This document shows, piece by piece, positions 19,396 to 30,161 of a DNA stretch of 64,000 bases. How positions within the stretch are numbered: the first letter of the stretch is position 1; every line of letters starts with the position of its first letter. The stretch is from an uncultured Gammaproteobacteria bacterium (GTDB taxonomy: Bacteria > Patescibacteriota > Patescibacteriia > CAZGFX01), in assembly GCA_964524845.1 (NCBI GenBank), contig CAZGFX010000002.1, positions 6,440-70,439 of the forward strand, written 5' to 3'. Made by a program: the position numbers and the translations under genes. Below the pieces are notes generated by a model that was not told the DNA's origin, did not search any database, and saw only the letters and a program-made list of their open reading frames with translations.

Positions 19396-20958
19396 ATGCA
19401 ATTAGAGACGATTATAGGGCTTGAGGTTCATATACAGGCAAAAACAGTATCAAAAATGTTTTGCTCTTGTGATAATGACGCAGAAGGTAAGGAGCCAAAC
19501 ACACTTGTGTGTCCTGTTTGTATGGGACATCCTGGTACTCTTCCAGCCATTAATAAACGTGCCGTAGAGTTTTCTGTTCTGATTGGTCTTGGACTTGGGT
19601 GTAAGATAAACGTTTTTTCTAGATTTGATAGAAAGAATTATTTTTATCCAGATTTATCAAAAGGATATCAGATTACACAACATGTCATTCCTGTCGCAGA
19701 AGAAGGAGGTATTTCTTTTTTTGTTCCAAACGACAAGAAAGGAAGCAAAGAAGATGGATATAGAAAACACATACGTATAGAACGAGTTCAGCTCGAGGAA
19801 GATACGGCAAAATCTCAATATGAAGCAGATGGAAGTATTTCTCTTGATTTTAATAGAGCCGGATCTCCTCTTTTTGAAATTGTTACAAAACCAGATTTTT
19901 CCACTCCTTATGAAGCAAAAATATTTTTGCAAGAACTTCGGATGCTTGCTAGATATCTTGGAGTTTCTGATGCAGACATGGAGAAAGGTATGCTTCGATG
20001 TGACGCAAATATATCTTTAAGACCAAAAGGTGATTCGAAATTATATCCAAAAGTCGAAGTTAAAAATATTAATTCTTTTAAATCTGTTGAAAGAGCACTA
20101 GAGTATGAAATTAATAGGCAGAGCGAACTTTGGGAAAAAGGAGAGGTACCGACAGTATCAGCAACAAGAACCTGGAATGATATAAAGGGAGAAACGCGCG
20201 AGATGAGAACTAAAGAATCTTATGCTGATTACAGATATTTCCTTGAACCAGATGTCGTGCCACTAATAATTAAAGGAGGACAAGGTGTTCTTCCTGATGG
20301 CTTTTCTATTGATGATACATTTGATCTTTCTTCGTTGAAACTTAAATTAGTAGAGCTTCCTTGGCTTATGAGAGATCGTTTTATTGATGAATATGGTCTT
20401 TCTAGAGAGCAGGCTGATAGTATTGTAGAAGACAAGAATTTGGCATTCTTTTTTGAAAAAGTCGTATCAGAAACGCGAGAGTGGCTTGCTGAAAATGGAA
20501 ATATAATTCCAGGTGATTCATCAAAAGAAAAAACAGCATATGTTGCAAAAACTTCATATGGTTTTATTGCAAACACATTACTTCGTATGTGCGCGCGTGA
20601 TGGTTGTTCTGTTTCGGACATGAAATGTAGTGCGGAGGATTTTGCGGAATTGATTACAATCTTTTTTGAAAACAAGATAAATAGTACAGCAGTACAAAAA
20701 GTATTAGAAGATATGTTTGTAACAGGTGTCGACCCTCATGTAATAATAGACAAACTAGACCTGACTCAAACAGATGATTCGGAAGAAATTCGTAGAGTCG
20801 TACGTGTTGTTATTGAAAGAAATTCAGACGAGACAAAACGTTATAAAGAAGGTAAAAAAGAATTAATACAATTTTTTGTTGGAAAGGTTATGCAAGAAAC
20901 AAAAGGTAAGGCAAATCCTGATTTAGCAAGAAAAACATTAGAAGAAGAATTGTCATAA
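19396..20958 (+). CDS. gatB: Asp/Glu-tRNA amidotransferase subunit B
   Basis: IGLEVH, FDRKNYFYPDL, DFNRAG, LRCDANIS, EVKNINSF, YRYF. Confidence 0.96.
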   Translation: MQLETIIGLEVHIQAKTVSKMFCSCDNDAEGKEPNTLVCPVCMGHPGTLPAINKRAVEFSVLIGLGLGCKINVFSRFDRKNYFYPDLSKGYQITQHVIPVAEEGGISFFVPNDKKGSKEDGYRKHIRIERVQLEEDTAKSQYEADGSISLDFNRAGSPLFEIVTKPDFSTPYEAKIFLQELRMLARYLGVSDADMEKGMLRCDANISLRPKGDSKLYPKVEVKNINSFKSVERALEYEINRQSELWEKGEVPTVSATRTWNDIKGETREMRTKESYADYRYFLEPDVVPLIIKGGQGVLPDGFSIDDTFDLSSLKLKLVELPWLMRDRFIDEYGLSREQADSIVEDKNLAFFFEKVVSETREWLAENGNIIPGDSSKEKTAYVAKTSYGFIANTLLRMCARDGCSVSDMKCSAEDFAELITIFFENKINSTAVQKVLEDMFVTGVDPHVIIDKLDLTQTDDSEEIRRVVRVVIERNSDETKRYKEGKKELIQFFVGKVMQETKGKANPDLARKTLEEELS

Positions 20959-20961
20959 AAA

Positions 20962-23733
20962 ATGATGTTGTTTGATCAAGAAAAAGCGATTAATGATATA
21001 GAAAAAATATCTTTTAATATCGAGTCATTCACACTTCCAAATGGTTTGCGGGTTGTTCTTCGTAATTCTGAAAAAATTCCAGCAATAGCGGTCGCAGTTA
21101 TGTATCATGTTGGAGCATCTAGAGAAACCAAGGGGAAGACCGGTCTTGCTCATTTATTTGAGCATATGATGTTTCAGAACTCAGAACATATTAAGGAGGG
21201 AGATTTTTTTAGAATTATCAAAGAAAACGGTGGGGAGTTGAACGGAGGAACATGGCAGGATGGAACAATGTATTATGAAATTGTTCCTCAAAACATGCTT
21301 GAAAAGGTCTTGTGGCTTGAGTCAGATCGTATGGGTTACCTTCTCAATGCTATTACACACGATTCGCTCGCAAATGAAATCAATGTTGTTTTAAATGAAA
21401 AACGACAGAGATACGACAATCAACCATATGGTTATAAATGGAAAATGATTAATATGGCAGTGTATCCTGAAGATCATCCATATTATATTGATACTATAGG
21501 AGAGCCGGAGGATTTGGTAAAAACTACAGTAGAAGATTTAAAAAAGTTTTTTAAACAATGGTATGGGCCAAACAACGCAGTACTAGTAATAAACGGAAAT
21601 ATAAAAAATATACCTGTCAGAAAACTTGTTGAAAAATATTTTTGTGATATTCCATCAGGATCTGTTGTAACAGCTCCTGATAGTTATGTTCCTTCTTTAA
21701 AAAACGATAAAAAAATGTGTTATCGGGATGCTCGCGTGCAAAATTCTAAACTAATAATAGCATTTCCAACAGTAGAAGAATTTCACAAGGATAGATATTC
21801 ATTGGAAATGCTCGGAGATATATTAGCAAACACAAAATCCTCACCTCTTTATAAGAAACTTGTTGAGGAGCTGAAATTATGTTCAAGTGTATCCGCATAT
21901 CATAACACAGGAGAGATCGCGAGTCTTATATCTATATTTACTCATTTACACGAAGATGCGCAAATACAGGATGTGTATAATGCGATTAAATCAACAATAC
22001 AAAACCTTGTTTTTGATAACCAATCTTTTTTAAATATTCAAAAAACAAAAGCTCGTCTAGAAACATCATTTTATGAAACTCTTGAAAGCAATCTCGAAAT
22101 TGCATACCACATTGCTCGTTCAATGGTGTTTTACAATGACCCGTTGTATTTTAAGAAAGAAATATTGAAATCCATTTCAGTGACAGACACTGATGTACAG
22201 CGTGTTTTTGAAAAATATATTCGTAATTCATATCATGCATGTATTCAAATGGCTCCAGAAGATGAAAGTCGTATGTTTTTAGATGATTCGGTGGTTTTTA
22301 CTCCGGAGAAAGACATAAAGAAAGAAAAAACAAATGATGTAGATGAATTTGAAAAAGAAATATCGGTTTCATCGTTTGACAGATCAAAGGAGCCACAGGC
22401 AGGAGATACTCCTACGCCGTTGATTCCAACCATCAATTCAGAAACACTTAATGAGATGAAGGTGGGATATATTTCAAACAAAACACTTCCAGTTGTTTCT
22501 GCGTGCATACGTATTCCATTCGGGGTTCTTCATGAAACCAAAGAAAACAATGGAACTACCAAGCTGATATCATACATGCTTAAAGATGGAACACTTATTA
22601 AATCAGCGACAGAATTCGAGGACGAGCTTGCGCTTCGCGGTATTACATTGAATTGTAATACAGGCGAGGATTCAATTTATATAAGGATCAACATGCCTTC
22701 TCGTATTATTGATGATGGAGCAGATTTGCTAAAAGAAATGCTAGAGAAACCATTATTAAGCGATTCTTCATTTGAAAAATATCGTGCAAAGAACCTTGCT
22801 TCACTTAATTCAATATATTCATCGAACGATTCAATAGCAGATTATGCTTTTGATATTGCTTTATATGAAGAAGGAAGTCCATCGACATTTCTTTATACAG
22901 GTACAGAGAAGTCATTGGCAAAATTAACAGGCGATTCTGTTCGAAAATATTATAAAGATCATCTGACGGCGCGCGGCGCATCGGTAGCTGTGGCCGGCTA
23001 TGATGCAGAACTGTTCGCTGATAAATTAAGTACTGCACTTTTGTCTATCGATGGCCGCGCGCCGGTGATTCCAGATGTGTTATTCGGAAAAGAAAGGGGA
23101 GACACTTTGTATATTGTTCATGTCCCTGGAAGCGCACAATCTGAAATTCGTATCGGATGTGAAGGGCCTCGTATGACTAATAATGAGTTTTATCCTTTAT
23201 TGGTTGCAAATTATATGCTTGGCGGCGCCATTTCCATTAATAGATTATCAAAAGTTATTCGTGAAGAAAAAGGATATACATACGGAATAAGTAGCAATGT
23301 TGATGGAGGATTGTATGATGGTGTTTTTTCAATAGTAACAGGAGTTCACACGGAAGCGACAGCAGACAGTATTAAAATTATAAAAGACATAGTTTCAAAT
23401 TACGCTGATACACTCACAGATAATGATTATAAAAATACAGTGTCTTCAATACTTCTTTCATATTCTAGAATGTTTGAAACGAACAATGATCTTGTTGGAC
23501 GAGTAAATAAGGTTGTACAATATGGACTATCTCCACAATATACAATTCAAAGAATGGATTTCCTTAAAAAATGCACCAAGGAAGAATTACAAAACGTCTT
23601 TTCAAAATGGATAAAACCCGAAAAATTAGTATATGTAGTGGTTGGTGACAAAGAAAAATACATAAAAGAATTAGAAGGTATGAATTTTAAAAATATTATA
23701 GAGCTTGATAAATATGGGAATAAACTAAAATAA
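20962..23733 (+). CDS. M16 family zinc peptidase (pitrilysin-like, fused halves)
   Basis: HLFEH inverted zinc motif, WLESDRM, IREEKGYTYG. Confidence 0.92.
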   Translation: MMLFDQEKAINDIEKISFNIESFTLPNGLRVVLRNSEKIPAIAVAVMYHVGASRETKGKTGLAHLFEHMMFQNSEHIKEGDFFRIIKENGGELNGGTWQDGTMYYEIVPQNMLEKVLWLESDRMGYLLNAITHDSLANEINVVLNEKRQRYDNQPYGYKWKMINMAVYPEDHPYYIDTIGEPEDLVKTTVEDLKKFFKQWYGPNNAVLVINGNIKNIPVRKLVEKYFCDIPSGSVVTAPDSYVPSLKNDKKMCYRDARVQNSKLIIAFPTVEEFHKDRYSLEMLGDILANTKSSPLYKKLVEELKLCSSVSAYHNTGEIASLISIFTHLHEDAQIQDVYNAIKSTIQNLVFDNQSFLNIQKTKARLETSFYETLESNLEIAYHIARSMVFYNDPLYFKKEILKSISVTDTDVQRVFEKYIRNSYHACIQMAPEDESRMFLDDSVVFTPEKDIKKEKTNDVDEFEKEISVSSFDRSKEPQAGDTPTPLIPTINSETLNEMKVGYISNKTLPVVSACIRIPFGVLHETKENNGTTKLISYMLKDGTLIKSATEFEDELALRGITLNCNTGEDSIYIRINMPSRIIDDGADLLKEMLEKPLLSDSSFEKYRAKNLASLNSIYSSNDSIADYAFDIALYEEGSPSTFLYTGTEKSLAKLTGDSVRKYYKDHLTARGASVAVAGYDAELFADKLSTALLSIDGRAPVIPDVLFGKERGDTLYIVHVPGSAQSEIRIGCEGPRMTNNEFYPLLVANYMLGGAISINRLSKVIREEKGYTYGISSNVDGGLYDGVFSIVTGVHTEATADSIKIIKDIVSNYADTLTDNDYKNTVSSILLSYSRMFETNNDLVGRVNKVVQYGLSPQYTIQRMDFLKKCTKEELQNVFSKWIKPEKLVYVVVGDKEKYIKELEGMNFKNIIELDKYGNKLK

Positions 23734-23765
23734 AAAATACTCCTTCAAAAATATTTTTAGCCAAT

Positions 23766-23800
23766 AAAAAATCTCTTAGTAGTACACTGAGAGATTTTTT
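23766..23800. terminator. Bidirectional terminator
   Basis: AAAAAATCTCTTAGT...ACTGAGAGATTTTTT between convergent genes. Confidence 0.75.
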
Positions 23801-23805
23801 TATTT

Positions 23806-25191
23806 CTAGTATTCCGCGTGACGAGGGTAGCGGGGGAACGGAATAACATCGCGTATATTTCCCATGCCTGTTATGTACATCATCATACGTTCAAATCCGA
23901 GTCCAAATCCAGCATGTGGTATCGTTCCATGTCTTCTTAGATCCAAATACCATTCATATTCATGAGGATCAAGTCCCATTGACTTGATTCTATCAACAAG
24001 TTTGTCATAAACTTCTTCTCTTTGAGATCCGCCTATGATTTCTCCTATTCCAGGGCAAAGAACATCCATAGCGCGTACTGTTTTTCCATCAGCATTAAGC
24101 TTCATATAAAAAGCCTTAATATCTTTTGGATAATCAGTTACTATGACAGGTTTTTTGAAATGTTGTTCTGTGAGATATTTCTCGTGTTCAGATGCGAGAT
24201 CGGTACCCCAAGATACAGGAAATTCAAAAGAAACTCCTTTTGCTTGTTTTGTTAGAATTTCTACTGCCTCCGTGTATGTAATTCGTTCAAATTTATTTTC
24301 TAACGTGTTTTGTAATCTAGACATTAGTTCAGGATCTTGTTTTTCCGTTAAAAACTCGATATCTTCTCTATTATGATCAAAACAGTATTGAATAATATAT
24401 TTTACAAACGATTCAGCAAGATTCATATCATCAACAATATCCCCAAATGCGATTTCTGGTTCGATCATCCAAAATTCAGCAAGGTGTCTAGTTGTGTTTG
24501 AGTTTTCTGCACGAAAACAAGGACCAAACGTATATACATTTCCAAGAGAACAACAAAAAGTCTCTACGTTGAGTTGTCCAGATACTGTAAGTTTGGTATC
24601 CGCGCTGAAAAAATCCTGAGAAACATCAACGGCGCCGTCTTTCTTCGGAATATTATTTAAATCCAACGTTGTTACTCTAAACATTTCGCCAGCTCCTTCG
24701 GTATCAGAAGCTGTAATAATAGGGGTATGCACATAAAGAAAATTATTTTTTTGGAAAAATTCATGTATTGCAAAGGCGACTGCGTTTCTAAGACGAAAGA
24801 CAGCGCCGAATATGTTTGTTCGAACACGCATAGTAGGCATTTCGCGAAGAGTATCAAGAGTCATTGGTTTTGGTTGAATCTTATATCCTTCGCCGACATT
24901 TCCATACAAAACAACGTCTTGTGCTTGAATCTCGTATTTTTGTTTGTTTCCAGGAGAGTCAACAAGAGAACCTGAAATTTTAAGTGACGCACCAGTACAA
25001 AGCGCTGCTATTTCATCATAATTATTAAGTTCTTTTGTGATAACAATCTGAACTCCCTTTGTGTTTGAGCCATCATTGAGTGTTATAAATGAAAATTCTT
25101 TTGAATTTCTTATTGTGCGAACCCATCCTTCGACCGTAATTATTTGTCCGGTCGAGCATTGTGTATCTATGTTCTTAATCAGCGTCTTCAT
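23806..25191 (-). CDS. asnS: Asparagine--tRNA ligase
   Basis: GWVRT OB fold, [36 protein letters not shown]. Confidence 0.96.
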   Translation of the reverse strand: MKTLIKNIDTQCSTGQIITVEGWVRTIRNSKEFSFITLNDGSNTKGVQIVITKELNNYDEIAALCTGASLKISGSLVDSPGNKQKYEIQAQDVVLYGNVGEGYKIQPKPMTLDTLREMPTMRVRTNIFGAVFRLRNAVAFAIHEFFQKNNFLYVHTPIITASDTEGAGEMFRVTTLDLNNIPKKDGAVDVSQDFFSADTKLTVSGQLNVETFCCSLGNVYTFGPCFRAENSNTTRHLAEFWMIEPEIAFGDIVDDMNLAESFVKYIIQYCFDHNREDIEFLTEKQDPELMSRLQNTLENKFERITYTEAVEILTKQAKGVSFEFPVSWGTDLASEHEKYLTEQHFKKPVIVTDYPKDIKAFYMKLNADGKTVRAMDVLCPGIGEIIGGSQREEVYDKLVDRIKSMGLDPHEYEWYLDLRRHGTIPHAGFGLGFERMMMYITGMGNIRDVIPFPRYPRHAEY

Positions 25192-25335
25192 ACATTTATG
25201 AATTATAGTGCGTATAGAATAACACAAAAAAGATCAAATTGTAAGTCAATAAGAAAAATATTCAATAAATATTAAAAAAATAAAAAAGACCTGTAAAAGC
25301 ATGGATACTACAGGTCTTTTGTTTTTAAAAAGGAA

Positions 25336-25827
25336 TTAGTCGGGTCTAATCGGGTCTTTTTTACTGCCTGATAAGAAATTTATCAAATTTGTCAGATCAT
25401 CAACAATGTTCTCTTTTTCAATGTGATAAGAGCAGCCATTTTTCAGGTGTTTTTCTTTTACTGCTTTATCAGTTGTTGTTGAAACAAGTATTGGCAACAT
25501 TTCCGGAGTGTGTTCATAGAATCTGGTGATATAGGGGAGAATGATAGATGAATCAGGATTGAAATCAGGTACGTGTCCATCCATTAAGATCATAAAGATG
25601 TCTTCGGCATTTCTCCACATCGTGTCAAAAAACTTACTTGAATGCGATATTTCAATCGCATTAAATCCTAAATGTCTAAGAACAATTCTTATAAAAGTCA
25701 TGTCTGTTTGACAGTCTTCAATTACAAGAATGCTCTTTTTTTTCTCTTCGGGTCTTGTTTTTTGTTCTGGGCCTGTTTCCGGTGATGTGCCCGCTCGTGT
25801 ATCAGGTCTTTTTTCTTGCTTTTTCAT
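25336..25827 (-). CDS. Stand-alone response regulator receiver protein
   Basis: ILVIED, ILMD (phospho-Asp), LVST and conserved K; promoter TTGCTA-17-TATAAT upstream; terminator 25282-25320. Confidence 0.75.
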   Translation of the reverse strand: MKKQEKRPDTRAGTSPETGPEQKTRPEEKKKSILVIEDCQTDMTFIRIVLRHLGFNAIEISHSSKFFDTMWRNAEDIFMILMDGHVPDFNPDSSIILPYITRFYEHTPEMLPILVSTTTDKAVKEKHLKNGCSYHIEKENIVDDLTNLINFLSGSKKDPIRPD

Positions 25828-26143
25828 AATAACACCCTCTCTCTTAGTGTGTTGTTGTTTGTTTAATAAACTGGGTTTTTTGAAGTATTTTTAGTTTCTC
25901 TATTTTTATTAATTTAATTATACAACAAAATAGATTATTTAGCAATTACGTAATGTACTTTTCCACAACCATAATATTTTGTCTAGTGTTAGCCAATTAT
26001 TGAGTTTAATTTTTTTGTTCATGATCAAATTATTATATCCTGAAAGAAATAATATGACTTGTCAATATTTCCTATATCAAAAATTCCAAAAACAAATATG
26101 TTTTTTGTTTTTAATATTAGCCAAAAAGTGATATAATTTTCAC

Positions 26144-27367
26144 ATGTATTATAGACGATCCCATGCAGCATACCCAGTACTTGGTGTTGATATACACGAT
26201 GTCGGATATGCGGATATACTTGCTGTTATTGATGATTATATTGCCTCAAAAAAACAAGGAATCATAGCCACAGTAAACAATGAAATCGTTTTGTGGGCGA
26301 TACGGACTCCTGCTCTTTTTCGCGTACTCAAAAATACCGTGCTCAATGTTCCTGATAGCATAGGCATGTTGATAGGGACTAGATTTTTTGGCTTTCGACT
26401 TAAAAACGGAAGAGTGATTGGAGTCGAGTTAGTTAATAAAATAGCCGAGCACTCTAGAAATAGAAATTATCGAATATTTTTACTTGGAGGATCATCTGAT
26501 GAAAAAATAGGACAAAGAGCTGCCGATGCATTAAAGAAAAGATATAATGCGACAATTGTCGGCACGGATCCGGGACCAGCTCTTTCTGTTGATGGCACAA
26601 TGGATACATCTTATGATTTTGATAAGTTAAAAAATTTAATAGAATCGTCTCGCGCAAATATTCTTCTCGCTGCTTTTGGAGGAGGGCCAAAACAAGAGTT
26701 GTGGCTATCAGATCACATAAAAGATTTTCCAGGAATCGCAATAGGAATAGGAGTTGGTGGAACTTTTGATTATCTATCAGGAAAGGTTCTAAGTGTTCCG
26801 GTTTTTATTAGAAAAATAGGCTTTGAATGGTTATGGAGGCTTTGTACGCAAAAAAAACGCATAAAAAGAGTGTTTAACGCAATATTTATATTTACTACAC
26901 ATCTTGTTTGGTGGAAAATAAGATCAGTTTTATTTTTCAGAAAAGGAATTATAGGCGTTATTGTAAACGATGATAAAAAAATCCTTTTGTGTAAACAGGC
27001 TCGCCCGCCTTTTTGGTGGCAATTAGTGCAAGGAGGGACAGAGGAAGGAGAGGATGTTTCGAGTACTATTCAAAGGGAAATATACGAGGAAATTGGAGTA
27101 AGAGATCAGTGTATTATAAAACAAATGGCCCATGAGGAATTTGCATATTCTTTTGGAATATACGGACGCGCACGATATGGATATCGTGGCCAGAAGAAAC
27201 AAGCTGTTTTGCTACAATGTCCAAATACTGTTAAAATAAGGCTTGATGAGCGTATATTTTCTAATTATATATGGGCATCATATCAACAGGCAATAGACAA
27301 AATTGGTGGAAAAAGAGGGAATGAAGAAAAAAGTATTCGATTGTTTAAAGATTACTTTAATTTATAA
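26144..27367 (+). CDS. WecB/TagA/CpsF glycosyltransferase fused to a NUDIX hydrolase
   Basis: TVNNE, VPDSIG, PKQE, GVGGTFD, GFEWLWRL; C-terminal WQLVQGGTEEGEDVSSTIQREIYEEIG Nudix box. Confidence 0.85.
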   Translation: MYYRRSHAAYPVLGVDIHDVGYADILAVIDDYIASKKQGIIATVNNEIVLWAIRTPALFRVLKNTVLNVPDSIGMLIGTRFFGFRLKNGRVIGVELVNKIAEHSRNRNYRIFLLGGSSDEKIGQRAADALKKRYNATIVGTDPGPALSVDGTMDTSYDFDKLKNLIESSRANILLAAFGGGPKQELWLSDHIKDFPGIAIGIGVGGTFDYLSGKVLSVPVFIRKIGFEWLWRLCTQKKRIKRVFNAIFIFTTHLVWWKIRSVLFFRKGIIGVIVNDDKKILLCKQARPPFWWQLVQGGTEEGEDVSSTIQREIYEEIGVRDQCIIKQMAHEEFAYSFGIYGRARYGYRGQKKQAVLLQCPNTVKIRLDERIFSNYIWASYQQAIDKIGGKRGNEEKSIRLFKDYFNL

Positions 27368-27381
27368 ATTAAACAAGAAAT

Positions 27382-28827
27382 ATGAAAAAGATTGTTACGC
27401 GATTCGCAGTATCTCCAACAGGAGAATTTCATATTGGTGGTGCACGCACCGCGTTGTTTAGTTATTTGTTTGCGCGCAGACATAACGGTTCTTTCGTTCT
27501 GCGAATTGATGACACAGATAGAAACAGATATGTAGAAGGATCAATCGATCGTATTAAAGAGGGTTTGTCTTGGATGGGGTTGGAATGGGACAAGGAACGC
27601 ACACAATCAGATTATACGGATCATTATAGAGAATGCGCTGAAGAATTGGTAAGAAAAGGACACGCATATTATTGTTTTTGTTCTCATGAACGTTTAGAAA
27701 AAATGAGAGCGTTTCAGGAACAAAATGGATTTCCTCAGAAATACGATCGAACTTGTCTTCGTTATACACCGGAGGAAGTACAAAAATTAAAAGATGAGAA
27801 AACCCCTTTTGTAATTCGCATGAAAATTCCAGATGACGAGATAATTGAATTTAATGATGAGATAAAAGGAGATGTGAAAATTCCTTCTTATACGCTCGAT
27901 GATCAAATTCTTATAAAAAATGATGGCTTTGCAACATACCATCTCGCAAACGTTATTGATGATCATGAGCTTGGAATTACTCATGTTGTTCGAGGCGATG
28001 AGTGGGTTCCTTCTACTCCGAAGCATATTCTTCTCTACAGATATTTTGGATGGGAACCACCGTCTCATGCTCATTTACCACTTATTCTCCGTGCAGGAGG
28101 AGGAAAAATAAGTAAGAGAAAAGATGGGGATATTGTATGGGTGGAAACATATAGAAAGAAGGGTTATGCCAGAGATGCTTTTATTAATTTTCTTGCGTTT
28201 CTTGGTTGGAATGATGGAACAGACAATGAAATTTTTAGTCACGATGAATTAATTAAATCGTTCGATCTTTCTCGTATTCAAAAAGCCGGGGCTATTTTCA
28301 ATATAGAAAAACTGAATTGGTATTCCGGATATTATATTCGTGAATATGCGAAAGAAAAAGATCTTTCTAATAATGAATTTTATCGTAATTGGGAGAAGGC
28401 ACTTCGTGCTCGCCACTCTGATATTTTGTTTGATTGTGAGAAGGCTTTTAAATTTATTTATTCTGAACGCATCGCATGTATAGATGATTCTTTTTCAGAT
28501 GAATTTAATTACCTGTTTTCCGATCCTGTTTTAACGGGAGAACAACTTGTATTTAAAAAATCATCTCTAGAGAATACAAAAAAAGGTTTTGCATGCGTTA
28601 TCGAGTTTTTGAAAAATTACAAAGGGTCTTGGAATGATCCCGTTGTTCTGCATGATTTATGCGCCGCGCTCGTTGTAGAGAAGGGTTTTTCTCTTGGCGA
28701 TGCTTTGTGGCCGTGGAGAGTTTCGTTAACAGGAAAAGACAAGAGTCCGAGCGCGGCGCATGTAGCCGTAGTTATTGGTAAAGAAGCGACTCTTCATCGT
28801 GTTGAAAATGCATTTTTAAAACTATAG
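27382..28827 (+). CDS. gltX: Glutamate--tRNA ligase
   Basis: TRFAVSPTG, HIGG, YHLANVIDD, KISKR. Confidence 0.95.
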   Translation: MKKIVTRFAVSPTGEFHIGGARTALFSYLFARRHNGSFVLRIDDTDRNRYVEGSIDRIKEGLSWMGLEWDKERTQSDYTDHYRECAEELVRKGHAYYCFCSHERLEKMRAFQEQNGFPQKYDRTCLRYTPEEVQKLKDEKTPFVIRMKIPDDEIIEFNDEIKGDVKIPSYTLDDQILIKNDGFATYHLANVIDDHELGITHVVRGDEWVPSTPKHILLYRYFGWEPPSHAHLPLILRAGGGKISKRKDGDIVWVETYRKKGYARDAFINFLAFLGWNDGTDNEIFSHDELIKSFDLSRIQKAGAIFNIEKLNWYSGYYIREYAKEKDLSNNEFYRNWEKALRARHSDILFDCEKAFKFIYSERIACIDDSFSDEFNYLFSDPVLTGEQLVFKKSSLENTKKGFACVIEFLKNYKGSWNDPVVLHDLCAALVVEKGFSLGDALWPWRVSLTGKDKSPSAAHVAVVIGKEATLHRVENAFLKL

Positions 28828-28834
28828 AAACACC

Positions 28835-30058
28835 ATGAATATAAGAAGATACATAATAACTTTAGTATCCATACTTACCTTGATAGGTGTTTTTTATGGT
28901 GGTGTCATGAAGGCTGAAACAATTGATGAATTAAATCAACGAATCAAAGAGACTAGAAAACAAGTCGAATCACTTTCTAAAAAAGCAAGTGAGCTTCAGG
29001 AAAAAATTAATACTGCACGTGGAGCAAAAACAACACTTGAGTCAGAATTAAAAATAGTAAGTCAGAAGATAGAAAAAATAAACATAACCCTTCAATACAC
29101 ATCACTTGATATTGAACGTACACAACTCGAGATAGATCAGATTGATGCAGACGTCATGTTAAAAGAAAAGCAAATTATTGATCAAAAGGAAATCATAAAA
29201 AACATGCTTAGGACTATGTATAGGCAAAAAAGCTCCAATCAGATAGAGCTTCTTCTTATGAGTAATTCTCTGGCTTCTTTTTTTACACAGTTGACACAGC
29301 TCGGACAAATAGAAGCTGTTATTACAGGAAAGGTACAAACACTAAATCAGATAAAGGATGAGCTTTCGTTACAAAAAGAAGAAAAACAGAAAAAGAAGGA
29401 CTCTCTTGAGTTATTAAAACAACAACTTGTTGTTGAGGCTGAACTTCTAGATGATACACAGATACAAAAGAATTATATTTTAGCCGAAACAAAAAACAAC
29501 GAAAAACGCTTTCAACAATTGTACGCACAAGCGATCCAAGAACGAATAAACGCAGATGCAAATATTTCAAAGGCAGAAACACTGATTAGAAAAAAGCTTC
29601 AAGAAGAAGGTCTAAAAAAACTTGGTGGAGACGGAAGTTTTGGATGGCCTGTTACATCTAGATATATAACAGCCAAGTTTCATGATCCGTCTTATCCTTT
29701 TAAAAGCATATTTCAGCATTCGGGAGTTGATATAAAAGCATCTCAAGGAAGTGCTATATATGCAACACAGGACGGTTATGTAGCAAAAACAGTAAATGGC
29801 GGTCTTTATGGCTATAGTTATATACTTTTGGTTCATGGAAATGAAAAATCAACCGTATATGGACACGTGAGTAAAATATTTGTTAGTGAGGATACTTATG
29901 TTGTTCGTGGTCAAAAAATAGCTTTATCTGGCGGTACTCCCGGTACTGCAGGAGCTGGAAGGTATACAACCGGCCCTCATCTTCATTTTGAAATACGAAA
30001 CAAAGGAATACCAATTGACCCTCTTCAGTACTTATCATCTCCTATTTTGTTGGATTAA
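28835..30058 (+). CDS. Coiled-coil M23 family peptidase (EnvC/CwlO-like architecture)
   Basis: Signal/TM, long coiled coil, HSGVD, YGH, TGPHLHFEIR. Confidence 0.9.
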   Translation: MNIRRYIITLVSILTLIGVFYGGVMKAETIDELNQRIKETRKQVESLSKKASELQEKINTARGAKTTLESELKIVSQKIEKINITLQYTSLDIERTQLEIDQIDADVMLKEKQIIDQKEIIKNMLRTMYRQKSSNQIELLLMSNSLASFFTQLTQLGQIEAVITGKVQTLNQIKDELSLQKEEKQKKKDSLELLKQQLVVEAELLDDTQIQKNYILAETKNNEKRFQQLYAQAIQERINADANISKAETLIRKKLQEEGLKKLGGDGSFGWPVTSRYITAKFHDPSYPFKSIFQHSGVDIKASQGSAIYATQDGYVAKTVNGGLYGYSYILLVHGNEKSTVYGHVSKIFVSEDTYVVRGQKIALSGGTPGTAGAGRYTTGPHLHFEIRNKGIPIDPLQYLSSPILLD

Positions 30059-30161
30059 AAACAATAAGGTAAAAAGAATTAACAGGTGGGTATACCAAAA
30101 AACCTATAAATATTGTATAATTACAGTGCTTTTATAATACGTTAAATACCAAAAACAACCT

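Noticed and set aside
25939-26022. 27-aa minus-strand ORF (MNKKIKLNNWLTLDKILWLWKSTLRNC)
   Set aside because: No SD, the upstream TTGACA/TATAAT are 22 bp apart, and its end overlaps the receiver gene's promoter. Support is too weak.
19396-28827. Co-occurrence of gatB with asnS and gltX
   Set aside because: This is ordinary: GatCAB is still needed for Gln-tRNA formation with a non-discriminating GluRS.
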